This document shows, in pieces, positions 43,790 through 52,723 of a stretch of DNA of 64,000 nt; within the stretch, counting starts at the first letter, position 1; the number at the start of each line of letters is the position of its first letter. The notes below the pieces were generated by a model. The model did no database searches, had not been told where the DNA came from, and saw only the letters and a list, made by a program, of their open reading frames with translations. A program made the position numbers and the translations under genes. The stretch lies in NCBI GenBank assembly GCA_041663565.1, contig JBAYMJ010000003.1, positions 4,188 through 68,187 of the forward strand, given 5' to 3'. This DNA comes from Candidatus Micrarchaeia archaeon (GTDB lineage: Archaea > Micrarchaeota > Micrarchaeia > Norongarragalinales > CAINOH01).

Positions 43790-44056
43790 CTAACGGACGT
43801 TGCGCAGCTTCTCCCTGAGCAGGTTTTCGCGCTCCTGCGGCGAAATCCCTCGCGGCAGCTTCTGCGCCGCGACAAGCAGGTGCGCGTGCTGCCTGTTTTC
43901 AGGCGCGCTGAAGAACCGCTGCACGTTGGCGCGCTGCGCCGGGGTTGTTGCGCGGGCGTAGGAAAGCGCCATATCCAGCGCTTCGCTTTTTGGTTCGCCC
44001 GACACGGGCTTTGTGGGTTTCCGCGCCGGCTCCTCTGGATATACTACGGCCATCAA
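43790..44056 (-). CDS. Hypothetical small protein
   Basis: 88-aa ORF with no recognised motif. Same strand and operon-like spacing as 42382..43728. Confidence 0.3.
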   Translation of the reverse strand: MMAVVYPEEPARKPTKPVSGEPKSEALDMALSYARATTPAQRANVQRFFSAPENRQHAHLLVAAQKLPRGISPQERENLLREKLRNVR

Positions 44057-44069
44057 AACACCGCGTAAA

Positions 44070-44474
44070 TCATCCTGCCTTCGGCGCCTGTCCTGCGGGG
44101 CCCACCTTCGCGCGCGGCACGTTGATTGGCGCGTTGATGTTTATCGCAAAGGCAAGCAGGGTTCCCACGCTGCTTCCCGCGTAGGTGAGCGCGGTGATGA
44201 TTTCCTCCGCGGCGTCCGCCGGGAGCTGCTTGTTCTTCTTCCAACCCTCGGAAAGCTTCCTGCCCAGGTCGGAGCTTGCGTCCGCGAAGAGCTCGCCCTT
44301 TATGGACATGCTTGCGACGTCCTGCTGGTATGAAATCTCGTAGTTGTAGGTGACCTTGACCTGGTTGCCTTCCGGAGCCACGTTCTCGACGCTTACGTTG
44401 ACCGACATGCCAGTGACGTTGCCGTCCTTCTTCTTGGTCGCCTTGACTTCGACTATCCTTCCGTGCGTAATCAT
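44070..44474 (-). CDS. Hypothetical protein (beta-rich N-half, helical C-half)
   Basis: 134 aa with no confident family. A faint SecB-like organisation is only an impression. Confidence 0.4.
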   Translation of the reverse strand: MITHGRIVEVKATKKKDGNVTGMSVNVSVENVAPEGNQVKVTYNYEISYQQDVASMSIKGELFADASSDLGRKLSEGWKKNKQLPADAAEEIITALTYAGSSVGTLLAFAININAPINVPRAKVGPAGQAPKAG

Positions 44475-44554
44475 ATGCTAGCATTCACCTTCGTATTAGT
44501 AGGATAAGTATAGGGCACGCCGAGTCTTAAAAAAACTCCTAATCGCCACAAGGA

Positions 44555-45235
44555 CTAAAAGCGCGCGGTCTGGCCCACGCCAAGGACTACCGCCTGGGCC
44601 TTGGTCTCCTGCTTTATGCGCTTTGCGAAGTCGTACGGGTCGGCCCTTATGCGGGAGAACGTGCCGTAGTGGCAGGGGATGACGTACTTGACGCGCATCT
44701 TCTTGACCGCGCTCACCGCCGAGAGTATGTCCATCGTCTGCGTGCCTCCGATTGGGATGAGCGCAAGGTCCGCCTCGACGTTGCCAAGCGCGTAGAAGTC
44801 GTAGGTGTCGCCGGAGAAGTATACGCTCTTGCCGCCGAAGCTTACTATGTACCCCACCGAGCCGGGGACGTTGTTGCGCACCGGAAGCACCTTTATGTGC
44901 ATGCCGTAGAACTCGAAGTCATCGCCTTCAAGCGCGGACATCTTGAACTTGTCCTGCAAATCGAGCCTTGCAAGCACCTCCTCAGGTGCGACCACGTGCG
45001 CGTAGGTGCCGTCGGCGATTATTGAGACGTCGTGCGCGTCGAAGTGGTCGAATGCCGGGCTTGAGACGAAGATGGCGTCCGCCTTCTTTATTTTCTCCGC
45101 GCTTATCGCGGGCGGGACCAGCCGCTCGGCGTTGCGCGGCCGCGGATCCAGCCACGGGTCGAAATACAGTATCTTGCCCTCAAGCTCCACACGGAAGCCG
45201 GAATGGCCGAGGTAAGTGACAGTTGCCATGAACAT
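44555..45235 (-). CDS. Metallo-beta-lactamase-fold hydrolase (UPF0173-like)
   Basis: Start trimmed to MFMATVTYLGHSGFRVE... It has SPAFDHFDAHD (HxHxDH-like) and a C-terminal PCHYGTF. Confidence 0.7.
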   Translation of the reverse strand: MFMATVTYLGHSGFRVELEGKILYFDPWLDPRPRNAERLVPPAISAEKIKKADAIFVSSPAFDHFDAHDVSIIADGTYAHVVAPEEVLARLDLQDKFKMSALEGDDFEFYGMHIKVLPVRNNVPGSVGYIVSFGGKSVYFSGDTYDFYALGNVEADLALIPIGGTQTMDILSAVSAVKKMRVKYVIPCHYGTFSRIRADPYDFAKRIKQETKAQAVVLGVGQTARF

Positions 45236-45324
45236 CGCCTTTGCGGCCCGCGGCGTGCTGCGGGCCAAAAGTAACGTGGTGGCTAATCCTATTAATCCCT
45301 TTCAAATCAACTCTTTGCGTGGCA

Positions 45325-46161
45325 ATGATTTTCGGCACAGCGGGCATCCCCCTTTCGTGCGCCGAGCGCGACTCGCGTGCGGGGATAGCGTTCGTGCGCA
45401 AGCTGGGCTTGGACGCCTTCGAGTTCGAGTTCGTGCACTCGGCCAGGATGGCGCAGGACAAGGTGATTGAGTGCGGCAAGGCGGCCAAGGAGAACAGAAT
45501 CGTCCTTTCGGCCCACGCGCCCTATTACGTCAACCTGTGCTCGGGTGAGCCTGAAAAGGTTGCCGCGAGCAAGGTGCGCATACTCGACACCGCGCGCATT
45601 TTGGAAAATTCCGGTGGCGGCCGGATAGTCGTGCACTCCGGGTATTACGGGAAACTGGACAAGAAGGCCGCTTTCGAAATCGTCAAGAACGGCTACCTTG
45701 ACGTGTTGGATTCGATGAAAAGGGAGGGCATCACCAAGGCAATCCTTGCGCCGGAGACTACCGGGAAGCCAAGCGCTTTCGGCAACCTTGAGGAGCTTTA
45801 CGGCCTCGCATCCGAAATCGGCTTTGAAAGATTCAAGCCGACGATTGACTTTGCCCATTTGCACGCGAGGGCGAATGGCGCGTTGAATTCGAAAAAGGAC
45901 TTTGACAGGATATTTGAGACGATAACCGGCCTTGTTGGAAAGGAAGGTCCAAGACAACTCCACTGCCACTTTGCGGGGATACAATACTCGGCGAAAGGCG
46001 AGCTGCGCCACCTGACAATAGACGCCAAGTCGCCCGACTTTTCGCTCCTTGCGCAGAGCCTGGTTGGCAACAAGTGCTCGGGAACGATAATCTCGGAGTC
46101 GCCGAACATCGAAACGGATGCCTTGACGATGAAGAAGGAATACGAGAAGGCACTTGGCTGA
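45325..46161 (+). CDS. Xylose-isomerase-like TIM-barrel protein (endonuclease IV-like)
   Basis: Start trimmed to MIFGTAGIPLSC... It has LSAHAPYYVNLCS, VVHSGYY, LAPETTGK and IDFAHLHARANG, consistent with the AP-endonuclease-2/TIM family. Confidence 0.65.
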   Translation: MIFGTAGIPLSCAERDSRAGIAFVRKLGLDAFEFEFVHSARMAQDKVIECGKAAKENRIVLSAHAPYYVNLCSGEPEKVAASKVRILDTARILENSGGGRIVVHSGYYGKLDKKAAFEIVKNGYLDVLDSMKREGITKAILAPETTGKPSAFGNLEELYGLASEIGFERFKPTIDFAHLHARANGALNSKKDFDRIFETITGLVGKEGPRQLHCHFAGIQYSAKGELRHLTIDAKSPDFSLLAQSLVGNKCSGTIISESPNIETDALTMKKEYEKALG

Positions 46162-46201
46162 ACTGGCGGCAACAGCGCAATCCCGCCCGCCCAAAAGCAG
46201 T

Positions 46202-47164
46202 TCAAATTTTCTGCGGGTAGTACGCCTGCTTGCTCACGTGCGAATACACCAGGTAGTTTATCTCGCGTATTGCGGAGTGGAACCTTGCCTTGTACGAGTC
46301 CAGGAGCTTCTCAAGCTCAAGCTCGGAAGAAAGGTAGTAGTCCGCTTCCAAATCCTCGCCCGCGGTCTCGTCTATGTACGCAAGGTTGGGGATGCCCTCG
46401 GTGAACTCTCGGATTGCCGCTAGCTTGGTCACGTCATTGAGCACGAAATTCACCTTGTACAGCGAGTAGCCGAGCTTTTCGCTGTTTATCATCGCGCGGT
46501 AGCCCTGTATCACTCCTGCGCGAACCAGGTTTACCAGCCGGTACTTCACCACACCGGGGCTCAAGCCCGTTTTCTTTGCTATGAGTATGAGCGGGCAGCG
46601 GCCATCCTCCGAAATCACGGAAAGTATCTTGCGGTCGGTCGCGTCTATCGCAGCTTTTGGCCCCTCTCCAACGGTGCCCACCTGTCGCGCAACGCCTTCG
46701 GCCTTGCAAAGGAACGCGAGCGAATAGTGCCTTATCTTCACGTAGGGGTTGACCACGTAGCGGCCTACGTGCTGGCGGAAACGCAGGGAGAACGAGAGCC
46801 AGAAGCTGCGGAACTCGGACACGTCTCGCGCCCACACCACCAGGCCCGCGTCCCAGTTGCCCTGCATCTTGCCGCACCACCACACGCGCGGCTCCTGGGA
46901 AAGGAACGCCATTATCTGGTGCTCCATCCGGGGAGAGGTGTTGTGGTATTTCAGGTACACGCGGAAGCTCTGCAAGCCAAGGCGCGAGGAGTCTACGAGC
47001 GCATAATAGCCCCGGATGTAGCCTTCGGACTCCAGCGCCGAAATCCTCTGCGACACCGCGCTCTTGCTCAGGCGCGTTGCTTTCGCTATTTTCGAGGCGC
47101 TTGCGCGGCCGTCGGCGTCAAGGATGCGCAGGATGAGAAGGTCCTTCGAATCGGCTTTTGACAT
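46202..47164 (-). CDS. Lrp/AsnC-type transcriptional regulator with two tandem HTH modules
   Basis: DLLILRILDADGRASASKIAKATRLSKSAVSQRISALESEGYIRGY and a second DRKILSVISEDGRCPLILIAKKTGLSPGVVKYRLVNLVRAGVIQGY. Confidence 0.8.
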   Translation of the reverse strand: MSKADSKDLLILRILDADGRASASKIAKATRLSKSAVSQRISALESEGYIRGYYALVDSSRLGLQSFRVYLKYHNTSPRMEHQIMAFLSQEPRVWWCGKMQGNWDAGLVVWARDVSEFRSFWLSFSLRFRQHVGRYVVNPYVKIRHYSLAFLCKAEGVARQVGTVGEGPKAAIDATDRKILSVISEDGRCPLILIAKKTGLSPGVVKYRLVNLVRAGVIQGYRAMINSEKLGYSLYKVNFVLNDVTKLAAIREFTEGIPNLAYIDETAGEDLEADYYLSSELELEKLLDSYKARFHSAIREINYLVYSHVSKQAYYPQKI

Positions 47165-47257
47165 ATGAAAAATAGTAAAAATATTCTTAATAAAATCGCG
47201 TTTTGACCCGAATTTTTTAAAAAATCAATATCTTTTGCCATATGCAGAGGAAACTGC

Positions 47258-48019
47258 ATGAGAAAATTCCAGGACGAAAAGAACTACTCGCCGGTTCTTG
47301 TGGACATATGGGGCGACTACATAGACTGGCAGAAGCGCAGGACCGGCGAGGCCGGATTCCTTACGGGCCTGCTTTCCGGCAACGGGTGCAGGCGCGTCGT
47401 TGACGCGAGCCTTGGCGATGGATGCGATTCCATATACCTGCTAAAGCAGGGTTATGACGTGACAAGCAACGAGCTTGACTCGGTGTTTGCGCAGAAGGCT
47501 CTTGAGAACGCCGCAAAGGAGGGCGTGCGGCTCAAGATAACCGGCTACGACTGGCGCGAGTTCGACGAGAGGTTCGAGCCGGGGTCGTTCGACGCAGTTG
47601 TGCTTCAGGGAAACTCGCTTACCCACCTTTTCAAGACCGCTGACCAGCTGCGGGCACTCTCCGCTTTCCGTAAGGTGCTCAGGCCCGGCGGGGTGCTGCT
47701 TATCGATGAGAGGAACTACGACTACATACTTGCGGACAGGGAAAAAATCCTGAAGGGCGACTTCCGCTACTCTGGAAAGTACGTCTATTGCGGAAAGAAA
47801 GTGAAGGGCGCACCAATAGAGATAGGACCGAAGAAGGTCGTGCTAAAAATCGCGCACGAGGACGGCCGCACGGGATACATTTACGTATACCCGTTCAAGG
47901 ACGGCGAGCTGCACTCGCTCATACGCAAGGCCGGATTTGAGGACGTCGAACAGTATTCGGACTTCAAGAAAGGCCGCGACACAGGCGCAGATTATTTCCA
48001 GTACGTTGCCAGGAAATGA
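47258..48019 (+). CDS. Class I SAM-dependent methyltransferase, glycine/sarcosine N-methyltransferase-like
   Basis: VVDASLGDGCDSIYLLKQGYDVTSNE (motif I region), FDAVVLQGNSLTHL, and LRPGGVLLIDERNYDYIL, which closely parallels the GNMT motif IDHRNYDYIL. Confidence 0.65.
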   Translation: MRKFQDEKNYSPVLVDIWGDYIDWQKRRTGEAGFLTGLLSGNGCRRVVDASLGDGCDSIYLLKQGYDVTSNELDSVFAQKALENAAKEGVRLKITGYDWREFDERFEPGSFDAVVLQGNSLTHLFKTADQLRALSAFRKVLRPGGVLLIDERNYDYILADREKILKGDFRYSGKYVYCGKKVKGAPIEIGPKKVVLKIAHEDGRTGYIYVYPFKDGELHSLIRKAGFEDVEQYSDFKKGRDTGADYFQYVARK

Positions 48020-48048
48020 AAAGGGAGACTCCCCCCACGACTGAAAGC

Positions 48049-49518
48049 TCAGCCTGACTTCGTGAGCTTTGTCTGTCCTTGCAAATCCGCGGACCTGCCC
48101 ACTCTCTGCACGTGTATCGTGTTCGTGCTTCCGGTAAGCCCGAGCGGGATGCCGCCTGTGACGACCACCAGGTCGCCGTCCTTCACCAAACCCGACTTGT
48201 GCGCGGCCCCTATGGCCTGCTGCATCGTGTCCTCGCTTTGCACTTTTGCCTTGAACAGGAGCGCGTGCACTCCCCGCACGAGGGCAAGCTTGTTGACCAC
48301 GCGAACGTCGGGGGTGAGGGCGATGATTTCCGCGCCGGGCCTCTGCTGGGCAACCAGACGGGCCGTGAAGCCGCCCGTCGTAGGCACGATTATGGAGTCC
48401 GCGTCAAGGTCGTCGGAAATGCCGCAGGCCGAGCGGCTGATTGCGTAGCCCATGCTTGGCTTGACGAACGAGTCGGGCTGCGAGAGCGCGTGCGACACCT
48501 TCGACTTCTCCGCCTCGACGCAGATGCGCGCCATCATCTCAACGGACTTTATCGGGTAGCGGCCTGCGGCAGTCTCGCCTGAAAGCATCACCGCGTCAAC
48601 CCCGTCGAACACCGCGTTGGCGACGTCTGTCGCCTCTGCGCGCGTAGGGCGCGGGTTCACGGTCATCGATTCGAGCATGTGAGTTGCGACTATCACCGGC
48701 TTTCCGACCGCGTTGCACTTCTGCACCATCTTCTTCTGCATCGCGGGAATCTGCTCTATCGGCACCTGCACGCCCAGGTCGCCCCTCGCCACCATCAGGC
48801 CGTCCGCTGCCGCGATTATGCGGTCGACCTGCTCGAAAGCAGAGGCGAGCTCGATTTTTGCAATCATGTGCGCATCCGAACCGGCCGCCTGCAGCACATC
48901 CATGAGCTCGAGCACGTCCTCGGGGCCGCGCACGAAGGACTGCGCGACGAAGTCTATACCCCAGCGCGCACCCTCCTTGATGTCGGAAAGGTCCTCCTTG
49001 CCCAGCGTCGGAAGGTCCAGGTCCGCGCCGGGAATGCACACGTTCTTGTTGGAGCCAAGCTCGCCGCCCACCTTGACCTTGCACCTGACCGCTTTCTTCT
49101 GGACTTCCACGACCTCAAGCTCGATGTTGCCGTCGGACAGGAAGATACTTGAGCCTGGCGCGACTATCTTGGAAAGGTTGGCGTAGTTGAGGCTGATTTT
49201 TTCATTTGAACTTTCCGCACCATCGCTTGTGACATCAATCCCCGCGCCTTCCACGAGTTGGACCTTCACCGGCGCCTTGCCGGTGCGGATTTCCGGGCCG
49301 CGCGTGTCCAAAAGGACCGCCACCTTGTCGCGGCGGCTCTCGTTGACCGTGCGTATGTTGGAAAGCTTCTGCTCGTGCGTCTTGATGCTCCCGTGGGATA
49401 GGTTGATGCGCGCGACGTTCATGCCGGCATCAGCAAGCTTGCGGATTCCCTCAAGGGATTCTGTTGCCGGGCCGATTGTACACACTATCTTGGTCTTCCG
49501 GCTGTGCGGCTTTTGCAT
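48049..49518 (-). CDS. pyk: Pyruvate kinase
   Basis: KTKIVCTIGPAT, NVARINLSHG, MVARGDLGVQVPIE, VIVATHMLESM. Confidence 0.9.
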   Translation of the reverse strand: MQKPHSRKTKIVCTIGPATESLEGIRKLADAGMNVARINLSHGSIKTHEQKLSNIRTVNESRRDKVAVLLDTRGPEIRTGKAPVKVQLVEGAGIDVTSDGAESSNEKISLNYANLSKIVAPGSSIFLSDGNIELEVVEVQKKAVRCKVKVGGELGSNKNVCIPGADLDLPTLGKEDLSDIKEGARWGIDFVAQSFVRGPEDVLELMDVLQAAGSDAHMIAKIELASAFEQVDRIIAAADGLMVARGDLGVQVPIEQIPAMQKKMVQKCNAVGKPVIVATHMLESMTVNPRPTRAEATDVANAVFDGVDAVMLSGETAAGRYPIKSVEMMARICVEAEKSKVSHALSQPDSFVKPSMGYAISRSACGISDDLDADSIIVPTTGGFTARLVAQQRPGAEIIALTPDVRVVNKLALVRGVHALLFKAKVQSEDTMQQAIGAAHKSGLVKDGDLVVVTGGIPLGLTGSTNTIHVQRVGRSADLQGQTKLTKSG

Positions 49519-49651
49519 CGAAAAATCACCACGTTAAGATAAGTATTTTGCAAGACGGGGTTTAAACGCCAACTGCATTCGTCAAAAGCCGAACTTTTTT
49601 GGGCCGCGAAAGGAATAAAAGTCCCAATACCCAATTGTTACTATCAATAGG

Positions 49652-49873
49652 TTGTTACAAATGACCCACATCAAGAACGAGCCGCAGGCAAACTTCCGCT
49701 TCACCCGCGAAAGCAAGAAGATTAAGGGCGGCGACGACAACTGCTGGTTCGTCGAACAGAGGAACATGAAAGACCCCATCACGTTCTTTGACATATTCGT
49801 GCGCGGGGACAACTTCGACCAGCTGTTCTACTACATAATCCTGCTGCTCGTGTTCGGCCTGCTTTTGATGTAA
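49652..49873 (+). CDS. Possible small C-tail-anchored membrane protein
   Basis: 73-aa ORF ending in the hydrophobic FYYIILLLVFGLLLM. Lies in a low-GC region. Weak support. Confidence 0.3.
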   Translation: MLQMTHIKNEPQANFRFTRESKKIKGGDDNCWFVEQRNMKDPITFFDIFVRGDNFDQLFYYIILLLVFGLLLM

Positions 49874-50106
49874 TTTGCCCGAAAGCAGAAAAAAGAACGC
49901 AAGGAAAGAGAATAAAAAACACCGAAGGCAAAACAATCATGATGACCCGAAAGGCCGTTGCATTGAAATCGTTCTTCTGTTGTCGCTAGTTCTGACAGGC
50001 GCCTTAGCTGCCTGTACAAAAAAAAGCACCGCCAAGGCTGCGGGTGCTGCGCCGGGTTGCCGGCAAAGGAATTTCATCCAAACACCGCATAAGAGATTAG
50101 TGTATG

Positions 50107-50177
50107 CGGAGGTGGCGGAACGGCTACGCGATCGCCTGCAAAGCGGTTTAAGAGGGTTCGACTCCCTCCCTCTGCTT
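50107..50177 (+). tRNA. tRNA-Cys (anticodon GCA), no encoded CCA, no intron
   Basis: Hand-folded. Acceptor GCGGAGG/CCTCTGC (one G-U pair). D-arm GCGG-aacggct-ACGC. Anticodon arm ATCGC-CTGCAAA-GCGGT. 4-nt variable loop. T-arm GAGGG-TTCGACT-CCCTC. The discriminator is U73, the known CysRS identity element. Confidence 0.8.
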
Positions 50178-50206
50178 AAGGATGATGTATCCGGGCAGCA
50201 ACGTGA

Positions 50207-51652
50207 TTGGAAAATATGGCGCTCGTCGTGTTTGACACCCTTTCAAAGGGCAAGAAAAAGTTCGTCCCCCTGCACGAGGGAAAGGCGGGGGTGTACGTGT
50301 GCGGCATCACGCCCTACGACTACTGCCACCTCGGCCACGGCAGGTGCTACACCGCATTCGACGTCGTCCGCAGGTACCTCGCCTACCGCGGCTACGAGGT
50401 AAAGTACGTCCAGAACTTCACGGACATAGACGACAAGATAATCAAGCGCGCGGCCGAGGCGGCGCAGGACCCGTTTGCGCTATCGAAGAAATATTCAGAC
50501 GAATACTTCACGGACATGGATGCGCTCGGGATAAGGCGCGCGGACGCCTACCCGCTTGTCACGCAGACCATATCCGACATAATCAAGTTCGTCGAACGCC
50601 TCATAAGGAACGGCTACGCTTACGCGGTGGAAGGCGAGCACGGCAGCGGAAAGGACGTGTACTTCGAAGTGGCGCGTTTCATCCCCTACGGCAAGCTCTC
50701 AGGCCAGGAGCTTGAAAACCTCCGCAAAGGCGCGCGGATAGAGGTGGACGAGCGCAAGAAGGCTGCCGAGGACTTCGCCCTGTGGAAGAGCGCAAAGCCC
50801 GGCGAGCCGAGCTGGGACTCGCCTTGGGGCAAGGGCAGGCCGGGCTGGCACATCGAGTGCTCGGTGATGAGCACCAAGCACCTCGGCGACACGCTTGACA
50901 TCCACGGCGGCGGGCAAGACCTGATATTCCCGCATCACGAGGACGAGATAGCGCAGTCCGAGGCGGCCACCGGGAAGCCTTTCGCAAACTACTGGCTCCA
51001 CAACGGGTTTATAGTCGTCGGAAAGGACAAGATGGCAAAGTCGCTCGGCAACTTCGTGACCCTGCGGCAGACCCTTGAAAGGCACGGCGCGCGCCTGGTG
51101 CGCCTCTTTTACGTCTCGACCCACTACCGGGCGCCCATAGACGCCTCGCCCGAACGCATCGAGGAGCTGCGGCCCACGCTGCAAAGGCTCCTGGACACTC
51201 GGGCCCTGCTTGCGCACGAGGCGAAAAACAAGGCCCGGCCGGAAAAATCGGAGACCGACCCTGCAGTCAAGGCCGACGCCCACGTAATAGTCGAAAAGTT
51301 CGAGGAGGCGATGGACGACGACTTCAACACGCCCCTCGCGCTTGCCGCGCTCTTTGAGCTGAAGGACCTCGCATACGGGCTGGCAGCGGAAAAGGGCGCG
51401 TCGAGGGAGTCGTTCGCCTTCCTTTCAGGCACTTTCGAAAAACTCGCCAACGGCGTGCTCGGGCTTTTCGACGCAAAGGAGACTGAAGCGGAAATCTCGG
51501 ACGCCGAAGTCGCGGCGCTCGTCGCACGGCGCGATGCCGCAAAGAGGACTGGGGACTACGCAACTGCCGACAAAATCCGCGACACGCTGAACAGGAAGGG
51601 AATCATACTGGCGGACAAGCCCGACGGAACGATTTGGAAGAGGGCGGCCTAA
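50207..51652 (+). CDS. cysS: Cysteinyl-tRNA synthetase; ATG at 50216
   Basis: VYVCGITPYDYCHLGHGRCY (HIGH), GWHIECS, KMAKSLGN (KMSKS). Confidence 0.9.
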   Translation: MENMALVVFDTLSKGKKKFVPLHEGKAGVYVCGITPYDYCHLGHGRCYTAFDVVRRYLAYRGYEVKYVQNFTDIDDKIIKRAAEAAQDPFALSKKYSDEYFTDMDALGIRRADAYPLVTQTISDIIKFVERLIRNGYAYAVEGEHGSGKDVYFEVARFIPYGKLSGQELENLRKGARIEVDERKKAAEDFALWKSAKPGEPSWDSPWGKGRPGWHIECSVMSTKHLGDTLDIHGGGQDLIFPHHEDEIAQSEAATGKPFANYWLHNGFIVVGKDKMAKSLGNFVTLRQTLERHGARLVRLFYVSTHYRAPIDASPERIEELRPTLQRLLDTRALLAHEAKNKARPEKSETDPAVKADAHVIVEKFEEAMDDDFNTPLALAALFELKDLAYGLAAEKGASRESFAFLSGTFEKLANGVLGLFDAKETEAEISDAEVAALVARRDAAKRTGDYATADKIRDTLNRKGIILADKPDGTIWKRAA

Positions 51653-52680
51653 GAAGAAAAACCGCCGACTGCACGGATGGCCCTGAAACGAGAAAGCATC
51701 TTGCCTGCCTTTTCCTTTGCCCTTTCATCAACAACAACTGCCACGACGCCTTTTTTCGGCTGGCCGTAAAGCACGACGGAACCGAGCGGAAGCGCAAGAA
51801 TTACAGGAAGGACTGCCAAGTCCTCTTCTCCATCAACAACAATTGCGGCAGGCCTGCTATCGAAAAGCGAACGCCCAACCGAGTTTTTTATCGCCGCAAC
51901 GAGCCGGGGCGTGATTTTTCCTGCGGGGTTTGAAACAACAAGCTTCCTTTTTGCAAGGCCCTTGGGAATCCCGCAGGGCGAGCGCAACTCAAAGGCGTCG
52001 ACTATCGCAAGGCCCGGTTTTGCCCCCAGGGCCGAAAGGTTGCGGAAAGTCGCGTCTCCGACGGTTGCGATGAAAATGGGCTTCAGTTCGTTTAGCCACA
52101 CTACTGCCTTTCTTGCAGCGTCCGGCTCCGAAAACAAAACCCCGAACGGCCTGCGGAGCGCCGGCGCCAAAGAAGCGGGCAATGCAAGCGGCTTGGCAAA
52201 CTTCCTGCCTGAAAGGAAAACTTCGCCCCGCCTATTCATCTGGCCAAGACGAATCCGTGTAGAGGATATCCTGCGGCCATCTTTTGCCATTACAAAAGGA
52301 CAGATGATTATGGCCGCTGCTGGCAAGCCTGCTTTTTTCCTTTTTTCGTTGATTTTCCTTGCACCGGGCAGCGTGCCCTTTGTCACCACGATTGCATCCG
52401 CTTTTTTCCATGCAGCAACGGGGCCGGAGGCATCGTGAATTTTAGTGATTTTACAACGGCGAGCATAATGCTTTTGGGCAAGATAATCGGCTGCGGATTT
52501 CTTTCTCTTGGAAAAAGGCCCGATTGCGGTTGGAAACCGCTTTTTTCCTGCCATCTTGTCATCAGTGACGCCGACAAGCACCCTGTCCGCAACCGCAAGC
52601 GCCTTGGAAAGGAGTGCCTCGTGCCCCTTGTGGAAGCGGTCGAAAGTGCCGCCGACAATTGCAAGCTTGAATCGTTTCAT
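51649..52680 (-). CDS. Fusion protein: archaeal phosphopantetheine adenylyltransferase (N) + DUF359 GTP-dependent dephospho-CoA kinase (C)
   Basis: N-terminal half: LAIVGGTFDRFHKGHEALL...ISSTRIR (cytidylyltransferase-type PPAT). C-terminal half: ATVGDATFRNL...VVSNPAGKITPRL...VVDGEEDLAVLPVILALPLGSVVLYGQPKKGVVAV, matching DUF359. Confidence 0.75.
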   Translation of the reverse strand: MKRFKLAIVGGTFDRFHKGHEALLSKALAVADRVLVGVTDDKMAGKKRFPTAIGPFSKRKKSAADYLAQKHYARRCKITKIHDASGPVAAWKKADAIVVTKGTLPGARKINEKRKKAGLPAAAIIICPFVMAKDGRRISSTRIRLGQMNRRGEVFLSGRKFAKPLALPASLAPALRRPFGVLFSEPDAARKAVVWLNELKPIFIATVGDATFRNLSALGAKPGLAIVDAFELRSPCGIPKGLAKRKLVVSNPAGKITPRLVAAIKNSVGRSLFDSRPAAIVVDGEEDLAVLPVILALPLGSVVLYGQPKKGVVAVVVDERAKEKAGKMLSRFRAIRAVGGFSS

Positions 52681-52723
52681 GGTACTGCTTCGGTTTAATT
52701 TGGCCGCCGCGGATTATATTTCA

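Noticed and set aside
49950-50100. Possible structured ncRNA upstream of tRNA-Cys (hairpins GCACCGC...GCGGGTGC and GCCGG-gttg-CCGGC)
   Set aside because: These are only short imperfect stems with no match to any RNA family I can recognise by eye (no box C/D or SRP/RNase P motifs). They could simply be promoter-proximal sequence. Not enough support to call a feature.
49875-50402. 175-aa ORF spanning the tRNA-Cys and the 5' end of cysS
   Set aside because: It overlaps a well-folded tRNA and the cysS coding frame. Its translation is Arg/Ala/Thr-rich with no motif. It is spurious.
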